Below, piece after piece: positions 41,051 to 54,243 of a stretch of 64,000 nt of DNA; position 1 is the first letter of the stretch, and each line of letters begins with the position of its first letter. The position numbers were made by a program, and so were the translations under genes. The notes under the pieces are model-generated. The model ran no database searches. It saw only the letters and a list, made by a program, of their open reading frames with translations, and was not told where the DNA came from. This stretch comes from Eledone cirrhosa (lineage: Eukaryota). The stretch is taken from positions 298,654,001 through 298,718,000 of the forward strand of contig OZ024740.1 of NCBI GenBank assembly GCA_964016885.1, read 5' to 3'.

Positions 41051-43104
41051 CAGCTTCAACAAGAAGCATCTTTCGTGGGTTTCACTGGCTCTAGTTGTAT
41101 CATGAAAAGCAACAAGAAATGAAGTGCATTGCTCAAGAACACAATATGCTACTTACTTCAAGAATTGAATCTACAACATTAGGATCATGAGTTCAACATC
41201 CTCACCACAAGGCTATGTGTCTTCATGTATCTTTATATGAAATTGATCCAATAGAGTTTACTGTAAATACAGCTTAAAAACAATTTAAAACAACAGTGTA
41301 AGAATTTTTCCAATTTTTCTAAGCTATTGGTAAATAAGAGGTCTTTTTTAATTGGAGTAGTGAAAAAATATTTTCATATTATATGTAATTGACAATATTG
41401 TAGTTTTCTACATGAAAACATGTGATAATATGTTTTGGATAACAAATAACTGCTTGTATAGAGCTGCTATCATTTCGGAAGTAAACCTATTAGATAACTC
41501 CATTGTATTTTGTAATGAAATAATGCAAAGCTAGAATGTATTAACTGCTTGTTTGCAGAATTGGACATTTAGATATCATCATAAGGTGTAAGAGGAATAC
41601 TAAATTTATAATATTCTTATAACATTATTGCATTATTTGAGAGTGGTGGATTGGTAGAATTTGTAGAATGTAAGATAAAATGGCCTTGTATTATTTATTC
41701 TGGCTCTTTATGTTCAAATCTTGTTGAGGTCAATTTTACTTTCCATCCTTTCAGGGTTGATAAGAGAAAGTAGCAGTCAAGTTCTGGCAATCAACTTTCC
41801 CTTCGTCAAAATTTACTGGCCTTGTGTTTAAATTATAAATCATCGCCGAGGTTGACTTTGCCTTTCATCCTTACGGGGTCGATAAAATAAAGTACCAGTA
41901 ATGCACTAGGTAATTGCTGGCCTTGTGCCAAAAGTAGAAACAATTATTACATTATTTAAAAGAACTGACTAACACATACAAATTATGAAGGGCATTTAAT
42001 CACTTCAATGCATGAACTCAAAACAGTTCTATTATTAAAAAAGTACTGTTTCTCTCAGTCAGTATCAATCTCTTATTTACTTTTACCCAGTAAGCTATAT
42101 ACTAACATATGAAAGATAATCTCTTATTTACTTTTAACCAGCAAGCTATATACTAACATATGAAAGATAACATTATCTCTGCAAAAAGCTCTCTGTCTCA
42201 TTTTACTCAAAGATCAAAAAAGAAAAGTAGGGTTTCAACCATAATGAATCATGACTGAAAATCACCAGGAATAAAAATTGTATTAATATCTTCAGTAAAG
42301 CATTATTGACTATGGAAATTTATCTGAAACCGCAGGAAAGCTTTGGGAAAGGTTTTACTTGAAACTATTGAGAAGGCACCAGATAAAAACTATACATATA
42401 TACATACATGTATCTTTAAGGCCATCTATTTATAGGTATCTGTTTATGTATATTTACCAATGTATCTAGCTGCAGACAAGAACAACAAATCATAAATCCC
42501 AATAGCAATCTGAAGGTAGCTAGATACATGAGTCATCGTAATTTAGTAGATATTTGTTTGATAATGATTAAAGAAAAATATGGAAGAAAATTATTGTAAT
42601 TGAATGGAAAATGAAATATGTTGATAGTTGGAATGGGAAACCTTGAGGATTTAAACATCTTTACATAGAATGTTGTGCTGTTGATCTACACAATAAAAGC
42701 ACCCAGTACACACTATAAAGCTCATTCACCAAATAAATTATTTCTACGTACCTGCACATTATTACTAGAGGGTTATTTTTCCTTTTGACAGGTCCTATTT
42801 TTTCCTCGTCGGGTGAGCATGCTGGTGTAGTTGCCGATGTTCTGACAACGTAATAGGTTGTACTGTAACCAGTAATACTAGCAATAGAAAGGTTTTTATA
42901 TCCATGGCCAGATCAAAAGTCTTCTGTACTATACATTGTCAATATATACTAACACAGGCATAAATACATTTATTCTTGTATATTTGAGTGCTTGTATACA
43001 TGCATGGGTAGGCGGTAAATTGGCAGAGTCATTAGAACATGAGATAGAATGCTTTGTGGTATTCATTTCGGCTTTCTACTCTGTGAGTTCAAATCCCGTT
43101 GAGG

Positions 43105-43335
43105 ATTAGGGAGTGGGAACTACTTCCCATTTCATATCTTTGTTCACATGCTCAAATGAAGGACCAGTTTAAAAGTGCCTCCTCCAATATACAGTAGTGG
43201 CCACGACTGGACCCCGAAACCAATGGTAGCACATACATGTTAAGTATATGAAACTTTGTTTGTACTAAATAAGATCCCTTGCAACAGATTGAGCGCTGTT
43301 TTCTTTGATCATTCATCTAAGGATTTCTACCAACA
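43105..43335 (+). mobile_element. Decayed Penelope-like hammerhead element
   Basis: CCAGT...ACTGG (stem II), GAAA-CCAATGG-TA (stem III, GUA), ACATGC/GCACAT (stem I), tail motif ATTGAGCGCT. Confidence 0.5.
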
Positions 43336-43591
43336 CACTCATGCACTCACACACACACTCATATGCACACCCACACAAATCCATACATTTCATGGACATA
43401 CGCTAACACTGCCAGATACTTTACACACACACAAAATAACTTCAATGCACATATACAGTACACACACTCAAACTTACATTCACTCGCACATACAAGTCCA
43501 TTACCACATACTACACAGATATAGGCATAACACACACTAACTTTGTTACTTTATACAATATACTTTAAAAACACACACGCGTTTAAACATG

Positions 43592-46188
43592 TCTTAGTTC
43601 CTCCAGTCCCTTGTGGAACATTGGGCAACGAGTTTCCTCCACTTGATCCTGTCACTGGCGGCCCTTCTAGCACCTCTCCAGGTAATTCCCATCTCCCGCA
43701 GGTCCTCCCTGAATGTGCTCCGCCATGTTTTTCGTGGTCTTCCCCGTTCTCTCCTGCGACCTTCTGGTACCTAATCCATGGCAATATGAGCAGGTTGATC
43801 TGCCGGCAAACGAAGGATGTGGCCCGCGAACCGCCGTCTCCTTTTCCGGACAATGTCCCTTAACCTCTCCAATCCTGACCTCCTCATCACTTCCTCGTTG
43901 CTAACTTGGTCTCTCCATGAAATTTTCAATATGGTCCGAATGCAACGATGGTGGAATACATTAAGCTTATTACATACACTTTCCGTACTCTTCCATGTCT
44001 CACAGACATATATCACTGTTGGTACTACAATGGACATGTAAACACGGAATTTGACGGCGTTGCCCATGGAACACCTGGACCATACTGGACGGAGTCGCTG
44101 GAAGACTGCAACTGCTTTTCCCAGCCTTGTGCTCACATCTACCTCAGCATCCCCATCGTCAGAGATGTTGCTGCCAAGGTATTGGAAGTGGTTTACACAT
44201 TCAATGTTATGCTGACCAACCATGATGGGAGGATTTGGAGGGTCACCTGTCGACATGGTCTAGGTTTTTTCACAACTGATGCGCAGGCCAACTTTCTCTG
44301 CATTGTCATTTAGAACGTTTGTCATCTCTCGCAGGTCTTTTTGGGAATGGCCTATCACTGCGATGTCATCGGCAAAGTCCAGGTTGCTTAATCTCCTATC
44401 ACAACTGATGCCAAAACGAGGGTCACTCATTGTCTTCTTCATGATGAAATCGATGACAATGAGGAAAAGGAAAGGCAAAAGGATGCAGCCTTGTCGAACA
44501 CCCGTCAAGATGTCAAACATTTCCGTGTTTCCGTCCTTTGTCCTAACGCAGCACCTGGAATGTCGGTACAGCGACCTGAAGATGTTAATATATTTCTCTG
44601 GGACACCATAGAGTCTTACAATCTTCCACAATGACACCCGATGAACACTGTCGAAAGCTTTCCTGAAGTCAATGTAGTTGACAACAAGGGACTTGTGGAA
44701 CTCCCGACATTGTTCAATGATATTTCAGAGAGTGAAGATCTGCTCTGAACAAGACCTTCCACTACGGAAGCCAGCCTGTTCATCTCGAAGATGACGATCT
44801 ACTTCTGCTCTCAGCCGGTTCAGGATGACTGTGCAGAATACCTTCCCTGGCACTGATAGCAACGTGATCCCTCTCCAGTTGTTGCAGTCGCTGAGACAGC
44901 CCTTCTTCGGTAGTGGTACAATCACTCCATTTCCCCAGTCCTCCGGCACCTCCTCTTCTTGCCAAATCACATTGCATAAATGGGTGAGCTGCTCCTCTAT
45001 TACATCCTTGCCATGCTTCAGAAGCTCTGCAGGAATCTCATCCAGCCCTGCCGCTTTGTTATTCTTTTGGCAGCGGATGGCCTTGGGCACCTCAGCTCTT
45101 GTGATGTCGTCTAGTCGTACATCCAGCCGGTAGCTCGTTTCCTCCCACTCAAGATCGAAGACTGTGTTGGGGGATGGCTGACTGAGGACCTCACGAAAGT
45201 GTTCGTTCCACCTCTGGGCCTGCTCTTCACTGGCTGCAAGCATCCGACCTTCTTTGCTCTTGATTGGCAAACTGCTTCCACTTCGTCCTCCAGTTAGCTC
45301 TCTGACGATCCGGTACAGCGTCTTGGAATCATTTCGATCTGCTGCCACCTGTGCCTCTGCAGCCCAATCTTCTAACCACTGGCGCTTGTCTTTTCGACAG
45401 CTCTTCTTTACTTCCTTGTCAAGACGTCTGTACGCTTTGTCCACTTCCTTCCATTGCTGTCGAGTTTTGGTTTGATCTCTTTTGTTCTTAACATCCTTCC
45501 TCTCGTCAATAAGATTCCATGAAGTACTGCTGATCCACTGTTCCCGGTTGGTCCCCTTTCTTCTACCAATAACTACATCAGCACTCACCCTGACCGCCTG
45601 AGCAAACATCTGCCACTGGTCTTCACGGTTCTGTGCATGCTGTAGTTCTTGGAACTTATTCCTGATCTCCAGGTAGAATCCCTCTGACGTGCCTTGGTCT
45701 TGCAGGCTTGCGACAGCATATGGCCTCACGGTCTTATTTGCTTTGTTCTTCTTCAACCTCAAGCGGATTTTTCCAACCACAAGATGATGGTCAGATCCGA
45801 CGTCTGCCCCTCGGTAGGTGCGAACATCCAAGAGAGAGGAACGCCACCTCGTGCCAATGCAGCTCATTCCTGGTGTTGCCATCAGGGGAAGTCCATGTCA
45901 TCTTGTGAATCCGCCTATGGGTGAAGAATGTATTCCCGATGGAGAGGTTGCTGATACTGCTCAGGGACAGCAACCATTCCCCGTTGTTATTGGTGGAATC
46001 AGCTGAACCGTGGGGGCCAATGGCTGAATGCATTTCTCTCCTGTCTCCATCTAGCTTGGCATTGAAGTCACTAATCACCAGCCTAGTGTCTGACCTGGTT
46101 GTTTCCTATAGGACATCCTGTAGTTGGATAAAGAAGGTATCGTTATCTTCATCTGAAGCAACTTCAGTCGTGGTGTAGACTTGCACTA
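43592..46188 (-). mobile_element. RTE-clade LINE (third family), 5'-truncated within the APE domain, frameshifted
   Basis: IVQVYT, SDFNAK, TWTSPDG, GADVGSDHHLV, NWRGITLLSVPGKV, QAGFR, GVRQGCIL, LDFADDI, FQYLGS; stop near 43595. Confidence 0.93.
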
Positions 46189-47408
46189 TATAGATAGATA
46201 TAGATATATATCCATCCATGCATGGAGGGATAAAATGCTAAATCGGGTTTCATTTGAATTTTACTTGGAATTGAGAAAAACAAATCTGTATACTATAATG
46301 TATTTCCTCTAGCTTTGAACATCTCCACATATCTTCAATGAGAAAGATATATCAATGTCTGAGCACATTATGTAATTCAACTTTGTAGATTCGTTTTTTG
46401 AAGAGAGCTTTTGACACTCAAGAAATTTTAGCGGAATTGAAACAAAGGTGACTTAGTTTATATTGCTATAAAATATTTATTTATAGAACAAAATAACTCT
46501 TCAATGTAATGGAGTTATGATTCTGTTGATAAAAAATCTTTTTGCAGTGAATGTGTGAAATATAAATGTTTTTATTTAAAAAAACAGAAAGCATTTGATA
46601 GAAAATATAGAAAATATATATTGTGTATGCATATATGTATTTATTGAGGCATGTGTGTGTTTCTTCTTTAGTGCTTGGTATATATATATGTGTGTCTTTT
46701 CAGCTTTCAATTAAAGTTTTTTTCCGACCTTTTGTCTTTTGGATAGGATTCAATGGAAAAAAAAAAAATAATAAAGAACCCCCCTCCCACCTTTGGAATA
46801 TAAATTGAAAAATGTAATTTAGAAAATCATCACTCAAACTCATGCTCTTGAAATGGTTTTCAGCTAACTATTGTAAAAAATATATAGAGCTCCACAGTTT
46901 ATTATTATTTTTGTTGTCGATGGTTTTGTTAGCCAGATCTGCCCTTCTTTACCCTTCCCCCTTTTTTACATTACTTAATTTTGTTTTTGTCTTTTAGAAA
47001 TATTTTCATCATTGTATAACTTTTGTTAGTAAAATATATTTGTCATAACATTTTAAAAGATATATTAGGATATATTAATATTATTGAGGAGTTTTATAAA
47101 TAAACCAATGACTTTTATTTTCATGTCTATTAAACTGCTTGTTTTTCATGTCTGAGATTTACACGACTTTGTAGAATCTGCTGTCATTCTGTACATCATT
47201 TTTGCTTGGAAAAGATTCAAATACATAATGATGAACAACCTATTCGTGGGTCTTGAATTTAATTTTAAAGATTTTCTTCCAACCCACCCCGCTTATTAAA
47301 TTTTGCTAAATTAAGTGGTAGCATTCCTGCAACAATATATTTCCTTTAGATATTAAAAAACATTAAACATGACAAAAAAAGAACATTACTAGAAATCCAA
47401 TAGATAGG

Positions 47409-49590
47409 ATGGGTTGGGGCCAGCCGGTGACAACCAGCCACGCGCACTTGATGCTGTGTAGTGCTCTAGTCCCTGGCTCCATGCCCCATCCTCCATCCTC
47501 AGCAATCGACACTGGCATCACTTGCATCACCACAAACAGGTGGAAGAGGGGCTGGAATTGTTCAGGGTGTGGCTGTTTCCACCACCTTACTTGTGTTGGC
47601 TTGATGCGTCAAGCCTCCAATGCCCTTGCAGCGTGGAGATGCAGCAACTCTCTCTTCCTCTCGTCTGCTCAGCCGTGGCCATCTGCTACACCACCATATT
47701 AGACAGTGAGCTTGACTGATGATGAAGCCTTGCTGGTCAACATTGCTTGGCTCAGGCGGCTGCGGAAGATTCTGCTCAAGATCCTGAGAGCAGCCCAGGT
47801 GCTGGTAGCCGATGCCCTGGCTTCCTCAATTGAGAGGACCCTGGACTTTAATTGAGCCAGCGACTAGAAGTGTCTTTTTTTATTTCACCACACTCGCCCT
47901 TGGTCTCCCCAACTCGGGCACTGACCAAGGCGGCCTTTTGACAGCAGCTTTTGTCAAGGGCAATGTTTCGTCCTTTAAGCAAGTACCCATCCGAAGTGTG
48001 CCAAAGGACACCACACCCTCTGCTCTCGGGTGTCTTCAATCTTCCATCCCTTAGGCCAGCGCAAAGCGTTTACACAACTGCGTAAATACTAAACTAATCA
48101 TGGGTGATGTCTTGGCTGCAGTCAGAGTGGTTGCCTCGGAGGACACTGTCCTCCAACCCACCAAGGACGTCCTGGCTGCCCTGCGGATCAAGCACCCTGA
48201 GTCAACCGTAAAGAGCATGTTCTCATCCTTGGATCACTGATCCATCTGCTGGCCATCTGCTCCACCTTCAGGTCAAGGTTCCGGCAACTCAAGACCCTCA
48301 CAAGCCGACTGGGAATGATTGATACCCACCCAGCCCTATTCCTGTTGAGGAACTGCTTTGCCAAGCCGAAGCTGCTCTATACACTTCGTAGCGTTCCTTG
48401 CTACAGCCACACATCTCTCCTTGCTGACTTTCACACTTGTATTTGAGTGGCAGCTGAGGAGATATGCAATGTCAGGTTTGACGACATTGGATGGCAACAG
48501 GCCACCTTACCTGTTAGATATGGTGGCCTTGGCTTCTGGTTCCCGATCTCGTTGGCTTTGCTGGCATCAGTAACCTCATGCTGAATCCTCATCAACAAGG
48601 TTCTCCTAAGCACAATGGAAATGCATTGTGATCCAGGAATGTGGGGCTACCTGAGAGATGTGGAACTGGCTTGGACTTAGCCCAGTAGACGTCCCTCTTC
48701 CTTCTGCCCCTGCTGACATCAAGTCCCCCCAGAGTATTTGGGATGCCATCCAGTGCAACCTGGCCTCAGACAGGCTAGTGCACCAGCTCAACAGCACCAC
48801 CTTGCATGTTTTTGCACGGCCTCACAATCCCACAGCAGTGCCTGGCTCCCTGCCTTACCCTCCTTATCCACTGGTACACAGCTGGACAATAATAGCCGTG
48901 CATTGGGGTTTCCCTGAGGTTTGCCCTCCAGATCTGCGAGCCACACAAATGTTGGCCTCCATCCGCTTTCCTGTCGCTACAGTGCTGGCTGCCTTCCACG
49001 TCATGCTGCTTTCAACGAGGTCATAAAGCATGGCTTGGTTGCTGCAGGCTCCTCCCCCTCCCCAGTTTGAGCCAGTGGGGCTGAACTGTTTGGATGACAA
49101 AAGACCAGACGGTATGACCATCTTCCCGTTCCGCGTCTGGGATGCCACTTGCAGCAACACATTCTCCAGCCGCAACCTCATGCAGTCTGCGACTAACCCA
49201 TGTTCTGCTGCACTTCGGGCTGAGGAGGGTAAACTCTCCAAGTATTGGTCGCTCTCCGACAGGTTTGCAGTTGAGCACCTAACAGTGGCGACTTCTGATG
49301 TCCTTGGCCCTAGGGCTACCTCCTTACTAACCACCATAGGCGCAGAGCTGGCTAGTCACAGGTGTGAGCCTCGTGAGATGGAATGGCTCTTCCAGCGCAT
49401 CTCCCTTACCATCCTCTGGGGAAATGCCTTCTCCATTCTGTCTGCCGGGGCCATGGGGTGGCCAGCACGTGGGACCCCATTTGCTCATAATACAGAGAAA
49501 TGGGGAGGGTGAGAGTAATGGAGACGATGACAGTGGGAGTTCGGCTCTTCTGTGTTTGGACCTGGTGTGCAGCGTCAGTTGTCCGTAAGG
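47409..49590 (+). mobile_element. CRE-clade non-LTR retrotransposon, decayed, ending in the RLE endonuclease
   Basis: EPVGL..DKRPDGMTIFPF..WDATC..AEEGKLSKY..WLFQRISLTILWGNA; GC-rich relative to flanks; 5' boundary approximate. Confidence 0.82.
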
Positions 49591-51035
49591 AGGTAGTGAT
49601 TCATCATCATCATCACCGTTTTCATATATATATATAAGTATTATATTTTATTGAAGAAGCTGTGTGTCATCTACAACCTGCAGCCCAACCATATTTAAAC
49701 TAAATGACTGATTCAGGTTTTTTAAAAAATAAACGGAGACAACCTAGAACCCCCCCCCCCCCCCCCCCCCTGCTTATTCCACCTTTCTATTATTTAGGAC
49801 CCGAGAGCAACTGCTTATGAATTCTATAGTTGCTTCTAAGTTGTTTTTCTAAGTGTTTCTTTTGCTATTAATATTTAAAAAATTAGAGTGTAGTTTCTAC
49901 CTCAAAAAGAATGCAGCAAAACTTCTGTCCTGTGAACCAGGAGGTTGAGCCATTGAAATTCAGTCACATATGGAATTGTTCTATTTATGAAAGCACATTA
50001 AATATTTTATAGCTTATTTATATGCTTAACTCTTAACATCATATTGGAGTAATAATTGAGCAGAAATTGTCTATATATGGGTTTGTTTATTCAAATGTTA
50101 CTATTGTCTTTAGCTGTGATTATTGTGAAAAGTAGCTGTATTTCTGGAAAGATATTTTTAAAGTGGTGTAATGATTTGTATATATGCATTTTTATTAATT
50201 AATTACATGATAATTAAAAAAAACAAACATGTGCACTAATAAAAGATGATGAGTAGAAAGATCTTAGTAATAAATTAAATGCAATTAGCAGCAAGTATAG
50301 TCATACAAACAACTTCAAAAGCAAAATATTCTTATTAGCTATTAATTTATCAATTACATTATTGAATATGTCATTGTTGATAGAATGTTTTGTGGCCATT
50401 TTTGAAGGAAAAATATTGAGAAAAACTTAATATAATTCAGCAAAACATGTTCAATAGAGTAATGTAAATGCTAAAGGGCTAAAACTAATGTAAACAAGGA
50501 TTTGTCCCATTTTATAGAGTTCAGGATTGTTTTGCTGATGTGGTGTCATATGGGATGATATCATATGAGATATTAAGATTTAATATATATTTTCACTTGA
50601 GGTAGGATATTATTAGGGTTATGAGCTCAACTATTTTCAATAAGTACATAACTTGTAATTTAAACTACTGGCTCCATAGTTTATTAGTCACCTTGTAAGT
50701 TTGATGCTAATCACTGGACTACTTGAAAGCAGACTGCACACAAGCCTGGTATTGCAGCCAGTAAACCTTGAACTACATTTCTATTCATACATCTGGTTGA
50801 ACTTACTTGGGATTATAATCCTAATAGTTAGCTCAATCTGAGATTAAGTCTTATTTCTACCTAGGGGCGCCACTGTGTTGTTTGATATTTCTCATAAATA
50901 TACATCAGTTACATCGGTTTTTATGAATGCTAGGCCTTAAATGTCAGCTGCTACAATCTCATTAGTAAATTCTGATTTCCACAGCAGTATTGATCTAGAA
51001 GAAAAAAACTAGTAGGTATTATATTCAGTCAGTTA

Positions 51036-51554
51036 CCATATATACTCAAATATAAGCTGAGGAATCCAATCAAGTCGAGGGCCTTCTCACTCATGTTGAA
51101 TGAACCCTTCCCTGGTTGACCCCCACTGCTTTCTGTTTGGGTTTGGTCATGTCAGGGGTGTAGCCATACTCACCACACTTGGCAAATTGTGGGTTGGTGA
51201 GGCTATTTAATCCATATTTGATTCTGAGGAGTTCATCTGCCTTTTTAACGACTCCTCTTTTTTTGTGCTGTTGGGGTTCCATTTACCCTCCTCACCGGAC
51301 CAGGATCTGGTAGGGGAGCTGGTTTAGTCGCCAACCACTTTACCATGACGCAGGTTGTCCTGACCATGACTGAGGAATATGTGACAAAAAAATCGATGGT
51401 AGAAGGGAGTTTGCTTATATTCAGGGGCACTATTTTGATGATTTTCACCAACTTCAAATTTTACAGAAATAAAGTTTGGATTTTTGCACATTTCTCAAGA
51501 ATAAAATATGGGGTCATCTTATATTCAGATTGGCTTAAATTCGGGTATATACAG
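51036..51554. mobile_element. Tc2/pogo-like MITE with an unclassified internal insert
   Basis: TA-flanked imperfect TIRs CCATATATACTCAAATATAAGC / GCTTAAATTCGGGTATATACAG. Confidence 0.6.
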
Positions 51555-52460
51555 TAACTTGATAACTGGATAGTATCACACCATCCTTTTGTTCATATTT
51601 GAGTACATGTAGTTTTAATAAAAAATGGAAGATAATTCCAGCCGAAAGTATTCTTCTTATTTTTCACTGTTTCCACTGCTAATATTTCTAAAACACTTTG
51701 ACTATCATCTCTTTCATCAACTTTACTCCCTTATGATCTATTGCCAGAAGAATCTCAACATTTTCTTCACCATTTTTTCAGTGGTATTAACTCTTAATGT
51801 CCTGTACCACACAAAACTGCATTATTGGCCAGACATTCTTGAAAAGAACAAAATAGCAATATGACTTAATCACATTAAATTTTTTTTTAAAGACTATTCT
51901 TTTGCAAAGTTTCACAACATTTTGTCCACTAGTAAAGATACTATGAAATTCGAATTAACAAATGTATTTTTAGATATGTTTTGCTGGATGTTAAGAGTTA
52001 AGAGATCTGACGCTGTATTTGTCATTTACTAGTGTCTCTCTTGCAAACATGGGCATGTTTTGGGTGCAAGGCACCTCATAATATCTTAACAGAAGTCTTG
52101 TCCATTGATCAGTTTGGGCTGCAAGGAAGAAGCCAGAAACCTTTTTTAACTTTTAGTGTGCTAGTAATTTTTATGAATTGTTTCCTTTGATACTGCATTA
52201 TTTATTAAGAGGAGATTACACTATGGTGCATTAAGTCCCCTATAGCGTGTTAAAAGTTAAGGACTGAAGGGTATTACTGTATTTATTGGCAGTTTATCCA
52301 ACCATGGGAAGGCAATAACATTCTACTACCCCCAAATTACCATTTCTTATATAAGTTTACCATAATATTTTACCATAATAGTTTACCATAGTATTTCTTT
52401 TTATGCACTTCATCTGATAATATTGCTTAAGATTTGACAAGTATTTTCTTTCATTGACAG

Positions 52461-52563
52461 ATGTGACGGCCGAGCTTTGACTGATGTAAGAGATATTCAG
52501 TGTCAAGTCAATTTATTTAACCCATTGCATGGATCAGCCATATTCCAACGAGGTCAAACTCAG
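52461..52563 (+). CDS. PNPT1: Internal coding exon of mitochondrial polynucleotide phosphorylase (start of second RNase PH domain)
   Basis: Acceptor ttttctttcattgacAG, donor CAG|gtaacc. 103 nt, translating (R)[34 protein letters not shown], which matches human PNPT1 [35 protein letters not shown]. Length and phase agree with the human exon as I recall it. Confidence 0.95.
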
Positions 52564-52785
52564 GTAACCAAATATTTAATATTCTGCTTTGCATTTGTGT
52601 TGATGATGTGAAGGGTTTCAGTTGGTTCAGATCAAATCTTATGATGTTTAGTTTCATTGAGAGAAACAAAAATGATTGATAAAAATAGTAATATACTTGG
52701 GTGCAGAGTAGTTCAACCATGCTAGCAGTACATTTTATGCATAAATGTGTTTGTATTTTGTGTGTGTGTGTGTGTGTGTGATATG

Positions 52786-52991
52786 ATAAGTAACATGAAT
52801 ATAACAACGTCATAGTTAAAGGACTAACATTTATTATATAATTGACACATGTTTTGCTAACCTGTCCGATAGGATTTATTGGAAAATTCTATTTCTAATA
52901 TTTTGTTTACCTGTAGATTGGCGAATTTGTGTCATTTATATAATAAATATTAGTCCTTTAACTGTGAAGTTGTCATATTTATGTTAATTAT
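52786..52991. repeat. Fold-back (arms about 78 bp) with decayed half-hammerhead motif
   Basis: Arms share AGTTAAAGGACTAA.ATTTATTATATAA.TGACACA. Confidence 0.85.
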
Positions 52992-53180
52992 TATATTATA
53001 TATAAACACTACTGGAATTATCTTCATTGTACCCATGGTTGATCACCACAGAAACACTATAATAAGGGATTCACTTGTCAAGATAAAAACTATTGCATGT
53101 TGACATAGTCTTTGATTTCCCCTAAAGGAATCTGATCACTACTATATTCTTTCTCTCTCTCTCTCTCTACATATATATAT

Positions 53181-53365
53181 GAAAAAATTTAACCCCAACG
53201 GCAGAGCTCCAGCCGTTTCGACGGTTATATCAGAAATAGTCATCGAAACGGCTTGAACTCTGCCGTCGGGGTTAAACTTTTTTCTATTTCCCACTCTACT
53301 ACCTTAAGTATCAAGTACTCTGGTGCGTTATGGTCCATCTGGTTCCTTACCACACTTCCTTCGTT
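53181..53365 (+). mobile_element. Palindromic Penelope-like element with half hammerhead (relative of 30280-30517)
   Basis: Inverted repeat 53181-53284; CGAAACGGC-ttgaactct-GCCGTC; tail CCACTCTACTACC..AAGTAT..AGTACT..GGTGCGTTATGGTCCA.CTGGTTCCTTACCACA; (TA)n flanks. Confidence 0.75.
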
Positions 53366-53540
53366 ATATATATATATATAAATGTACTACCTATACATAG
53401 AGAAAGAGAGAGAGAGGTAAAATCTCTACACCCATTCTGCATCTCTCCATACATTGAGTACTCCCACAATAAGTGGTCTCCCGATCTCAGCTCTGAGGAC
53501 TCTCTCTCTTCCTCTCTTTTCACCCTCTATCCCCCTCTCT

Positions 53541-53583
<43 letters not shown>

Positions 53584-53586
<3 letters not shown>

Positions 53587-53663
53587 GGTGTTCCCCCAAA
53601 AATGTATACACATTTTGATTAGAATGTTGTTGAAGTGTGTGTACATTTTTTGGGGACATCCTG
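53584..53663. mobile_element. Tc1/mariner-type MITE
   Basis: TA-flanked TIRs CAKGGTGT.CCCCAAAA.TGTATAC; longer copy at 61253-61355. Confidence 0.8.
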
Positions 53664-53796
53664 TATATATGTATCAGACAAAGAATGCAGATAAATCACT
53701 GCTTCTAAAATTTACATGAACTTTTTATATATGATTCAATATACAAACAACTCCAGTCATATTTATATATACATATATATATATATATACAATTAT

Positions 53797-53828
<32 letters not shown>

Positions 53829-53904
53829 GTATATATATATTCAATTGTATATGTGTGTGTGTATATGTGTATATATATAAGTATATATATGTGTATATAT
53901 ATGA

Positions 53905-54235
53905 GTACCCAACCTCCCAGGGTACAAGCTGAAGCATATAGACAATATGCCCCCCCCCCCCCCCCGCAAGGTGGTCGTGGAGGTGCCACGGCAAAAAAGC
54001 ACCTAGCCCACACTGTAAAGTGGACGTGTAGTCGCCACAAAAAAGCACACAGCACTCACTGTAAATGAGGTTGGTGTTAGGAAGGGCATCCAGCTGTAGA
54101 AATCAAGCCAGATCAGTTCCTGTATGAGCAAGGCATGGTCAGCCGACCAGACACTGCCCACAACAGGACAACCCGTCTAACCCATGCTAGCGTGGAAGAA
54201 CGGACGTAAAACTGTGATGATGATGATGATGATGA
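53905..54235 (+). mobile_element. RTE LINE extreme 3' fragment
   Basis: Nearly identical to 18545-18860; (GAT)n tail; inserted in (TA)n. Confidence 0.92.
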
Positions 54236-54243
54236 TATATATA

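Noticed and set aside
46389-46447. AG/GT-bounded open 59-nt segment that would splice in frame to the PNPT1 exon
   Set aside because: Peptide IRFLKRAFDTQEILAELKQ does not match PNPase and the splice sites are weak
50857-50874. CTCF-like site CTACCTAGGGGCGCCACT
   Set aside because: Imperfect single match that cannot be supported from sequence alone
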